A stretch of DNA of 64,000 nt, taken from Candidatus Latescibacterota bacterium (GTDB lineage Bacteria > Latescibacterota > UBA2968). Shown one piece after another: positions 49,788 to 57,975 of the stretch (positions within the stretch are counted from its first letter, which is position 1; every line of letters starts with the position of its first letter). The DNA is taken from positions 3,424,001 to 3,488,000 of the forward strand of contig OZ242010.1 in the NCBI GenBank assembly GCA_965204745.1, written 5' to 3'. The notes beneath the pieces were generated by a model. It saw only the letters and a program-made list of their open reading frames with translations, did no database searches and was not told the origin of the DNA. A program made the position numbers and the translations under genes.

Positions 49788-51620
49788 ATGTTGCGCGATG
49801 ACAAGAAAATCTGGCCCCTCGTCGGCGTGGGATTCGCGGCCTTTGCGGTGTTTGCAACCACCTTGGGCAATGGGTTGGTCTATGACGATCACTTTTTGAT
49901 CGAGCGCAACCGGCTGATTCGCGACGCGGACCTGTGGGGGGTGTTGACCACGCATTACTGGGGTGGGTACGAAGACGAGGCCAATGCCAATGGACAGTAT
50001 CGCCCCCTCACGGTGCTGTCTTTTGTGCTGGATGGCTGGGGCGGGATTGAGGCGTTCCGATTTCACCTGACCAATGTGCTCCTGCACGTGGGCAACAGCC
50101 TGCTGGCCTATCTCCTTTGCGCGCGCCTAGGACTGCAACGCGGGGCGGTTTTTGCCGCATTGCTCTTTGCGGTGCATCCCATCCATGCCGAAGCCGTCGC
50201 GGGTGTGACGTTTGGCCGTGCGGATTTGTTGGCCGCGTTGTTTTCCCTGTCCGCCCTGTTATTGTACGCGCGTTGGCATCGCCGAGGCGGAGAAGCGCGC
50301 TACGGGTTGGCCCTCGTGGGGTTTTTTTGCGCCTTGCTTTCCAAAGAGAGTGCGCTGACCGCGCTGGGGTTGGTGGTGGTCGTTGACGTGACCTTTGTCC
50401 TGTCCAAACCGCGGCTAGGCGATTTGATACGGCAACGCGGCCCGCGCTGGGCCGGGTTTGTCGGGGTTTTTCTTCTGTATTTGGCCCTGCGAAAAGCCGC
50501 TGCGAATTTGGGGTTTTCAGCCGAAAACGTGCTCGCGCTCAACAATCCGCTCATCGATCAACCGCTCGATCACAGGCTCATGACCGCCGCTGGCCTGTTC
50601 TACGAGTACCTCGTTCTCGTCCTGTTTCCCGTCCAATTATCTGTGGATTATTCCGCGATTCCGGTCGTCGCGTCTCTGCTTTCTCTCGAAGCACTGACGG
50701 GCCTGGTCCTGGGCGTTGCGGGCCTTGTGTTGTGCGCGGGTGCTTTTTGGAGGTCCTGGCCTCGTGTTTTTTTTGGCCTGGCATTTTTCCTCGTGTCCTA
50801 TTCGGCGGTGTCCCAAACGCTCGTTTTGATCAACGCCATTTTTCAAGAGCGGTTTTTGTACCTGCCGATTTTGGGCTTGTTCGCGCTGGCCGGGCTTGGA
50901 TTTGAGCGCGTTCAAAAACGATGGGCAGTTGTTCTCGCCGGGTTGATCCTCGCGGGCTATGGCGCACGCACAGTGGTGCGAAATGCGGACTGGCACAGCG
51001 ATTTGACCCTGTACCGATCCGCGGTGGCAGTACATCCCCAAAGCGCGAAAATGCAGCACGCCCTAGGAGACGCGCTGTCCGAACGCGGTCGGGTTGCCGA
51101 AGCCGAGGCGGCTTACCAAAAGGCGTTGTCGATCCGGGAAGATGCGTTGACCTATAATAATCTGGGCAATCTTTACGCGGCAACGGGCCGGTTTGACCGG
51201 GCGGCGTCAGCCTATCAAAAGGCGGTCGAGATGCGACCGGACGATGCCGCCGCGTGGATGAACAAAGGGCTTGCAGCGATGCGGGCCGGGCAGGTGACAG
51301 ACGCGCACGCGGCTTTTGAACGAGCGGCTGTTCTCACTCCCGATAACGCAGAGGTTTTTTACAATTTGGGCGTTGCCCGCGAGGCCATGAACGCGCCGGG
51401 GCCTGCGGCTTCTGCGTATGCCCGTGCCATTGCGTTGCGCCCGGGCTGGGCAGAGGCGTATTTTAATTTGGCAAAAGCCCATCGGGATCATGGCGACAAA
51501 CCCGCGGCAATACGCGCTTACAGCCGCTTTTTGCACCTCTGGCGCGGGGACCCACAAGTGGCGCAGTTGGCACGCCGAGAACTCGAGACCTTATCACATG
51601 AAAAAATCCCCTCCCGATAG
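49788..51620 (+). CDS. TMTC-like membrane glycosyltransferase with C-terminal TPRs
   Basis: VYDD, YRPL, FAVHPIHAEAV, SKE, LSVDY, ERFLYLP, RNADW, TPRs. Confidence 0.85.
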   Translation: MLRDDKKIWPLVGVGFAAFAVFATTLGNGLVYDDHFLIERNRLIRDADLWGVLTTHYWGGYEDEANANGQYRPLTVLSFVLDGWGGIEAFRFHLTNVLLHVGNSLLAYLLCARLGLQRGAVFAALLFAVHPIHAEAVAGVTFGRADLLAALFSLSALLLYARWHRRGGEARYGLALVGFFCALLSKESALTALGLVVVVDVTFVLSKPRLGDLIRQRGPRWAGFVGVFLLYLALRKAAANLGFSAENVLALNNPLIDQPLDHRLMTAAGLFYEYLVLVLFPVQLSVDYSAIPVVASLLSLEALTGLVLGVAGLVLCAGAFWRSWPRVFFGLAFFLVSYSAVSQTLVLINAIFQERFLYLPILGLFALAGLGFERVQKRWAVVLAGLILAGYGARTVVRNADWHSDLTLYRSAVAVHPQSAKMQHALGDALSERGRVAEAEAAYQKALSIREDALTYNNLGNLYAATGRFDRAASAYQKAVEMRPDDAAAWMNKGLAAMRAGQVTDAHAAFERAAVLTPDNAEVFYNLGVAREAMNAPGPAASAYARAIALRPGWAEAYFNLAKAHRDHGDKPAAIRAYSRFLHLWRGDPQVAQLARRELETLSHEKIPSR

Positions 51621-53016
51621 CCGCGCCATCCAAGCGTTTTTCAACCGCGCAACCAATAGCCGCGACCGATGGCGCAGGCGCAACCGCACCTATCACGCAG
51701 AGGTGTTGCGATTTTGCCGCAGTATCGTGCCGGAAGGCGCGTCTGTGTTGGTCTTGGGATGCGGCACGGGCGACCTGTTGGCCGGCCTGAAACCCAACCG
51801 GGGGCTCGGGATCGACTTCAGCGAAGCGATGGTGCGACGAGCGCGAAACAAATACCCGACCTTGGAATTTCGCGTGGGCCGCGCCGAGTGTTTGCCCGAA
51901 GGCGAGCGGTTCGAGTGGATCATTTTGTCCGACCTGCTGGGTTTTTTGCCGGATATCCAGCATGTGTTCACCGAATTGTGGAAAGTGGTATTGCCTAATT
52001 CCCGCGTGCTGCTGACGCATTACAATCCCTTGTGGAAGCCGATGCTAAAGACAGCGGAGATCTTGGGCTTCAAGATGCCCGAACCCGTGCAAAACTGGTT
52101 GACGCACCGGGATATCTACAATCTGCTCTCCCTGTGCGGCTTTGAGACGGTTCGCCGGGAAAATCGCCTGCTCTTGCCCCGCGGCATACCGGGGGTGGCG
52201 TGGCTTTCAAATCGCTTGTTGGCAAAGGTGCCGGGGGTGCGTCGCCTGTGTCTGATCCAGACCTTGGTCGCGCGCCCGATTTTTCCCGCACGCGAGGCAA
52301 CCGCGGTTTCATGCTCGGTCATCGTGCCGTGCAAAAATGAGCGCGGCACAGTGGAAGAGGCCATTGCGCGAACCCCGCACATGGGCGCGGATATGGAACT
52401 GATTTTTGTGGTGGGGCATTCCACAGATGGCACGGCCGAGGAGGTCGAGCGATGTATGGTCGCGCACGCAGACGCAACGATCCGCCTGATTCGGCAAACC
52501 GGGGTCGGAAAAGGAGACGCTGTGCGCCGGGGTTTTGAGGCGGCCCGAGGCGATGTGTTGATGATTTTGGACGGCGATCTGACCGTCGCGCCCGAGGAGT
52601 TGCCCAAGTTTTTCGACGCGCTGGCGTCGGGCCGGGCCGAACTGGCCGTGGGAACTCGGCTGATCTACCCGATGGAACGCGAGGCCATGCGCCTTTTGAA
52701 CCTGTTGGGCAATCGGTTTTTTGGTCGGGTTTTGAGTTGTCTGTTGGGCCAGCGCATTTCGGATACCCTGTGCGGCACCAAAGCCCTGTTTGCTTCGGAT
52801 TACCGAAAGATCGTCGGCATCCGGCGGGAGGTATGCGACTTCGATCCGTTTGGCGATTTCGATCTGCTCTTGGGCGCGTCCAAACTGGCTCGCAAAATTG
52901 TGGAAGTGCCCGTGCGCTATCGGGATCGCGTGTACGGAACGACGCAGATCCACCGGTTCCGGCACGGCTATTTGTTGTTGCGCGTCTGCTGGACCGCTTT
53001 CCGAAAGCTGTGCTGA
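51598..53016 (+). CDS. Bifunctional class I methyltransferase / GT2 glycosyltransferase
   Basis: LGCGTG; VIVPCKNE, GKGDA, ILDGDL, DTLCGTK. Confidence 0.85.
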   Translation: MKKSPPDSRAIQAFFNRATNSRDRWRRRNRTYHAEVLRFCRSIVPEGASVLVLGCGTGDLLAGLKPNRGLGIDFSEAMVRRARNKYPTLEFRVGRAECLPEGERFEWIILSDLLGFLPDIQHVFTELWKVVLPNSRVLLTHYNPLWKPMLKTAEILGFKMPEPVQNWLTHRDIYNLLSLCGFETVRRENRLLLPRGIPGVAWLSNRLLAKVPGVRRLCLIQTLVARPIFPAREATAVSCSVIVPCKNERGTVEEAIARTPHMGADMELIFVVGHSTDGTAEEVERCMVAHADATIRLIRQTGVGKGDAVRRGFEAARGDVLMILDGDLTVAPEELPKFFDALASGRAELAVGTRLIYPMEREAMRLLNLLGNRFFGRVLSCLLGQRISDTLCGTKALFASDYRKIVGIRREVCDFDPFGDFDLLLGASKLARKIVEVPVRYRDRVYGTTQIHRFRHGYLLLRVCWTAFRKLC

Positions 53017-53128
53017 TGAACGGCTTTCGCAGTTGTACCCGGCGCCGGCTGTTCGTCGAGTCGGGCCGGCACGGGGCCTGTCCCTGCGATTTATAGGCGT
53101 TGATTCGCCGATTCGTTGGAGGTATGAG

Positions 53129-56100
53129 GTGGTCACTTTACCGCTGGTCAGATATGGTCTGCTCATGGCGTCCGTTCTCGCGCTTTGTTGCGCCGAAGCC
53201 CATCCCGAGAATCTGGTCATCCGCACGGGCGCGCACGGGCGCGTGTGGACCTTTTCGCGGCAAACCAATGGGGTCGCCCTGACCGAGTTGTGGCGCGATG
53301 AGGCGGGAAGAGAACAGTGTTTGGGGATTTTCCCCGGGCGATCCGGGCGACTGGGAAAGACGGAGACGGGACGCATTGTCTATCAATCCCTGCCGCTGAC
53401 ATTGCCCGCGCCGGGCGATGTTTTGAATCGGGGAACCACGGTCGCGCTCGCCCCATCTAGATACTGGTCGCGCGATGGCCTCGCGTTGGGCGATTCGGAG
53501 ATCGATCAATCCATCGTTTGGGCGACTGAAACGCCCAGCGGCTTAAAACCGACCGCGCCGGGCGCAGGCGAAAAGGCGATAGCCGATCTACACGCGGGGT
53601 TCAACGCCGCACGCATGGCGCAGCTGAGCCTCTCGCGCTGGGAGTTCAAACAGGCATCCGCTTATTATACGCAGGCGGCAAAATCGCTCGAAAACCTGGG
53701 CAAGCGGGCGTCGAAGAAGGGCATGTCCGCCGCCCCCATGCGAGACTATGTACAGGCGTTTCAAACCGCCGCACAGGCGATTCGGCAGGATGGATCCCGC
53801 TGGGTGTGCCGCGATCACCTCGCTGCGATTGCCGAGTTGTTGACGGCGTATCGCAAGGCCCATCGCGGGCAAATGCCCGCTCAGCTCAAAGCCCTGGGGC
53901 GATGGGCGAGTGACCGATCCGCCGCGGATTCAGAGGTGGTTTTCCGCTTGTTCCGCGCCCCTATTGACAAACGCGACGCGCGCTCCGTCAGTTATTTTTA
54001 TCGGCCCGATGCTACGCCGGGCGAAGCCGTTGTCGTGAGTTATTTTTATCCCGGCCGCCTGGTGGAATTGATCCGCGAGGCCGAGGGCTACCGCGTGCAA
54101 GACCGCCCCATTGGTCGAGCACAAGTGGATTCCCTGTTGGCGATGGGCGAGACGCACTTGGCACGGGGCGACTCGCTCGCCGTGCCCATCCTAACCGTGC
54201 TGACGCGGGTGGCCCCTCGGCTGGCGCAGGGGCATTCGCTTTTGGGCTATGCCCTGATGCAGGCGGGCGATGATGACCGTGCGCGAGATGCGTTTGAACG
54301 CGCCATCGACCTCGACTATCGGCTCGCCGAGGCATATAACGGCCTGGGGCTTGTTTTTCGGCATCGGCCCAAGGGGATGTACACGGCTATCCGCTATTTC
54401 AGAAAAGCCCTTCAGTGGCACCCCACGTACCGAGACGCCCGGTTTCACATGGCGCAGACGCGGTACGACCTCAAGGAATACGATACCAAGCGGGACCTCG
54501 ATCACGTCATCGCGCTGGATCCGGATTACGCACCGGCGTACAAACTCTTGGGCAAGTGGTGGGAGGAACGAGAAGAAGACCACGAGCAAGCGGCGATGGC
54601 GTATGCCCGGTATGTCGCGCTCGCGCCCGACGATCCCGAGGGCAGGGAACTGCTTTCGCGGGCGTATTTACGCAGTGAAAATTTCGACCGCATCATCCAC
54701 CTCTTGGAAGATCACATCCGCGACCATCCCGAAGAAATCGCGTCCCTGCCCATTTTGGCGCAGGCGTGTTTGGAACTCAATCGCCTAAACTGGGCGCAGG
54801 CTTATTTTTTTTCTTATGTGGATCGCCTCCCCCCACAACGCCGCGGCCTGTATGAGGATATCCGATTTTTGGCATCTGCCGAGGAATTGGAAGAATATAC
54901 CAGCCTCGATACAGCCTCGATGCGGTCCGCATTTTTGCAACAGTTTTGGGCCTTGAAAGACCCCAATCTGATCACGGCGATCAATGAACGCAAGTTGGAG
55001 CACTACCGCCGGGTGTGGTACGCGCTGACAAATTTCGCAGATGGCAAAAAGCCATTTGATCGGCGCGGCGAGGTTTATATCCGATTTGGCGAGCCCGATT
55101 ACAGGTCGCGCTCCAATATGTTGAACGCGGACCAAAGTCTGGCCGTGCAACGGGTGAAGGAGCGCGTGGCCCAAACCCTGTTTGGCGCAGAAGCCGCGCA
55201 ACAAACGTACTTCGGGCCGGTGTATCCGGTGCGCGGTCTGCACACCAAGTTGGGTGAGTCAACTCAACTCAGGGCGCGAGTAGATGCCGAAGCCATGCAA
55301 CAAGCCCTCAACCGCTCGCGGGAACAGCAACAACAGCAACTGGCGTCGGGAGACGAAGAACGGCGGATGGTGCGGGCCGGGCAAGCCACGGCAGACGACC
55401 AATCTGGGGAAGACATCAGCGCATTTGAACGGCTGGCAAATACCGCCGTCGCCAGCGAGGGCCGCGAGAGTGGGTTTTTCGACCTGCAGCCGGATTTCCA
55501 CGCGGTTTCCGTGCAAGAGGACGCGTCGATGGTGCGGTGGGAAACGTGGGTCTATACGGATGTGAACGGGGGGATCGAGATCACCTTTACCGACGAGGCG
55601 ATGACGGGAACTTTTGACTTTGCCCCGCCGCCTTTGGATCCCAATATCCCCATCCGCAGGCTGGCGCTGTTGAACCGGTACAATCCCCGCCGAATCACCG
55701 AGTTTGCAGCGCGGGTGACGCCCGATTATTACGTGACGCCCGAAAACACCCGGCCCTTGGCGTTTTATTACGATCTGGCGGATTTTCAGAGTTCGCGTCA
55801 AGGCGTGAGCGCGCTAGAGGTCTATACGGGCATTCCGCGGGCGTTTGGGCGGTATTTCCCAGAGACGAATACCACCGAGTTGGTGGTGGAGCGCACGGTT
55901 GCCCTGTTGAATGAGCAGACCGGGGATGTGTATCGGCGGGCGGGCGATGTGCGATACCGCAACACAGGCGACCTGACCGGAATGCACGGCGCCTTTGTGC
56001 CCGATGTGGTGCGGCTAGAGGCGCCGCCGGGATATTACAAACTGGAGGTGCATTTGCTCGACCGCCTGTCCGGAAGACAAGGGCGGTATCGGCAGATGAT

Positions 56101-56569
56101 CGAATTGGAGAAATATCAGGGCGGGGCCATAGAGGTGAGCGATTTGGAACTGGCGTGGCGCGTTGCAGAGGGCGGCCCACAGGACAAGTTCCGCAAAGGC
56201 GCGTTGCACATCATCCCCATGCCCACGCGAACCTATCCCAAGGGGCAGAGCATCTTTGTGTATTACGAAATCTACAATCTGAAGCGCGATGCGTTTGGGC
56301 AAACGCGATACCGCGTGGAATATACCATCGCGCCACGGAGCAAAGGCGTGGGCGGCGCCGTGTCTCGGCTGGTGCAAACGCTCAAGGGCAAACGCGAGCA
56401 GGTGCTGATGGGCTACGATCAGGTGGGGACGATGGATTTGGAAGCGGTCTATACGGAGTTGGAATTGGGCGACCGCACGCCTGGGCGGTACGCGCTAGAG
56501 GTCAAAATAACCGATTTGAACAGCGATCAGACCGCGGTTAAAGATGCCCTTTTTGTAGTGGCAGAATGA
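53129..56569 (+). CDS. TPR plus GWxTD-domain protein
   Basis: TPR array; FWALKDP...EHYRRVWYA...DRRGEVYIRFGEPD; start uncertain. Confidence 0.78.
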   Translation: MVTLPLVRYGLLMASVLALCCAEAHPENLVIRTGAHGRVWTFSRQTNGVALTELWRDEAGREQCLGIFPGRSGRLGKTETGRIVYQSLPLTLPAPGDVLNRGTTVALAPSRYWSRDGLALGDSEIDQSIVWATETPSGLKPTAPGAGEKAIADLHAGFNAARMAQLSLSRWEFKQASAYYTQAAKSLENLGKRASKKGMSAAPMRDYVQAFQTAAQAIRQDGSRWVCRDHLAAIAELLTAYRKAHRGQMPAQLKALGRWASDRSAADSEVVFRLFRAPIDKRDARSVSYFYRPDATPGEAVVVSYFYPGRLVELIREAEGYRVQDRPIGRAQVDSLLAMGETHLARGDSLAVPILTVLTRVAPRLAQGHSLLGYALMQAGDDDRARDAFERAIDLDYRLAEAYNGLGLVFRHRPKGMYTAIRYFRKALQWHPTYRDARFHMAQTRYDLKEYDTKRDLDHVIALDPDYAPAYKLLGKWWEEREEDHEQAAMAYARYVALAPDDPEGRELLSRAYLRSENFDRIIHLLEDHIRDHPEEIASLPILAQACLELNRLNWAQAYFFSYVDRLPPQRRGLYEDIRFLASAEELEEYTSLDTASMRSAFLQQFWALKDPNLITAINERKLEHYRRVWYALTNFADGKKPFDRRGEVYIRFGEPDYRSRSNMLNADQSLAVQRVKERVAQTLFGAEAAQQTYFGPVYPVRGLHTKLGESTQLRARVDAEAMQQALNRSREQQQQQLASGDEERRMVRAGQATADDQSGEDISAFERLANTAVASEGRESGFFDLQPDFHAVSVQEDASMVRWETWVYTDVNGGIEITFTDEAMTGTFDFAPPPLDPNIPIRRLALLNRYNPRRITEFAARVTPDYYVTPENTRPLAFYYDLADFQSSRQGVSALEVYTGIPRAFGRYFPETNTTELVVERTVALLNEQTGDVYRRAGDVRYRNTGDLTGMHGAFVPDVVRLEAPPGYYKLEVHLLDRLSGRQGRYRQMIELEKYQGGAIEVSDLELAWRVAEGGPQDKFRKGALHIIPMPTRTYPKGQSIFVYYEIYNLKRDAFGQTRYRVEYTIAPRSKGVGGAVSRLVQTLKGKREQVLMGYDQVGTMDLEAVYTELELGDRTPGRYALEVKITDLNSDQTAVKDALFVVAE

Positions 56570-56699
56570 AAAGGCGTAAGACGGGAGAGGCGAGAGGCGA
56601 GAGGCGAGAGGCAAGAGGGGAGAAGGCCACCGCGCTATTCCTCTCAAGTTGTCAGTTGTCAGTCCGCCCCGCCTGTCCATCCGGCCCAAAGGCGAGGCG

Positions 56700-57010
56700 C
56701 GAGGGGACCTATCCCCCGGCCCCTTTCCTACGAGGAAAGGGGAGTAAAGTTCCTTTGATGGCTTAGGTTGCTCTGATGGCGTTGACCGAGGGCATAAAGC
56801 GATTAAAAATCCCTCACACCATCCCCCCGCAAAACCGCTCACCATTCCCCCTTCCTCGCAGGCACAGGCGTAGCCTACAACGAACTGGCGACAACCCGTT
56901 CAAAGGCGAGCCGTGTGGTGTGTAGGGGCGATGCCCCTGTGCTCGTCCGAAGATGCAAGGGGGAATACCGTCTCCCCTCCCCGTTTCGGGGAGGGGCCGG
57001 GGGAGGGGTT
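56700..57010. repeat. Hairpin cassette (as inside the MITEs, without TIRs) plus REP-like elements
   Basis: Closely matches about 6387-6680; GTAG element at 56922-56948. Confidence 0.85.
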
Positions 57011-57104
57011 CTCTCGCTTTCCCATTGCACATCCACGCGCTTCTGACTACATTATCAAATCGTTATGCTGTTTTTTTACGACCTTTCAACACAGGAAGGT
57101 GAGC

Positions 57105-57851
57105 ATGGCCGGGCACTCTAAATGGGCGAATATCAAGCATCGCAAGAGCCGCCAAGACGCGGCCCGCGGCAAGGTGTTTTCCAAACTGATTCGAGAGATC
57201 ACCGTCGCAGCGCGCGAAGGCGGCGAGGAGGCGAACAATCCCCGGTTGCGCGCCGCGGTCTTAAATGCCAAGGCGGAAAACATGCCCGCGGTCAATATCG
57301 AACGCGCCATCAAAAAGGGCACGGGCGATCTCGAAGGCGCGTCCTACGAAAGCGCGATTTACGAGGGCTACGGCCCGGGCGGCGTGGCCGTGTTTGTCGA
57401 GGCCCTAACCGACAATCGCAACCGCACCGTGTCCGAAGTGCGGCATTTGTTCAGCAAATACAATGGCGGGATGGCCGAAAGCGGCGCGGTGGCGTGGGTG
57501 TTTGACCAACAAGGGCTGATCGCCGTGCCCAAAGCGGGCGTGGAAGAGGATGATTTGATGCTCGTGGCGTTGGATGCCGGCGCCGAGGATATCGCAGAAG
57601 AAGATGGTCGATATGAGATTTACGCGGCCCTGTCCGATTTTGAGCGCGTCCGCAAAGCGATTGAAGATGCGGACATCGACATTGAACGCGCCGAGCTGAC
57701 GCGCGTCGCCCAAAATACCGTGCCCATCGCCGGCAAAACCGCGCAACAATTGTTGACCCTGATGGAGATGCTCGAAGACAATGACGACGTGCAACGGGTC
57801 TATGCCAATTTCGAGATCGACGACGCAGAACTCACCGCGCTGACAGCGTGA
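57105..57851 (+). CDS. yebC: YebC/PmpR family protein
   Basis: MAGHSKWANIKHRK, YEGYGPGG, TDNRNRT. Confidence 0.95.
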   Translation: MAGHSKWANIKHRKSRQDAARGKVFSKLIREITVAAREGGEEANNPRLRAAVLNAKAENMPAVNIERAIKKGTGDLEGASYESAIYEGYGPGGVAVFVEALTDNRNRTVSEVRHLFSKYNGGMAESGAVAWVFDQQGLIAVPKAGVEEDDLMLVALDAGAEDIAEEDGRYEIYAALSDFERVRKAIEDADIDIERAELTRVAQNTVPIAGKTAQQLLTLMEMLEDNDDVQRVYANFEIDDAELTALTA

Positions 57852-57975
57852 GGGTCAGTTGTCAGTTGTCAGTTGTCAGCCTGTCCGCCCCATCAGCCGT
57901 AGGGACGCCCCCGTGCCTGTCTTCGCACCCAGTTCCCAATTCCTCCATCTAACAACTTCACGCACGCATAAACCA

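Noticed and set aside
52790-53128. N-terminal extension of the GWxTD ORF (likewise track starts 20918, 23295, 26994, 35694, 51418, 56913, 57859)
   Set aside because: These extensions overlap upstream genes or repeats; downstream starts fit RBS position or family N-termini better.
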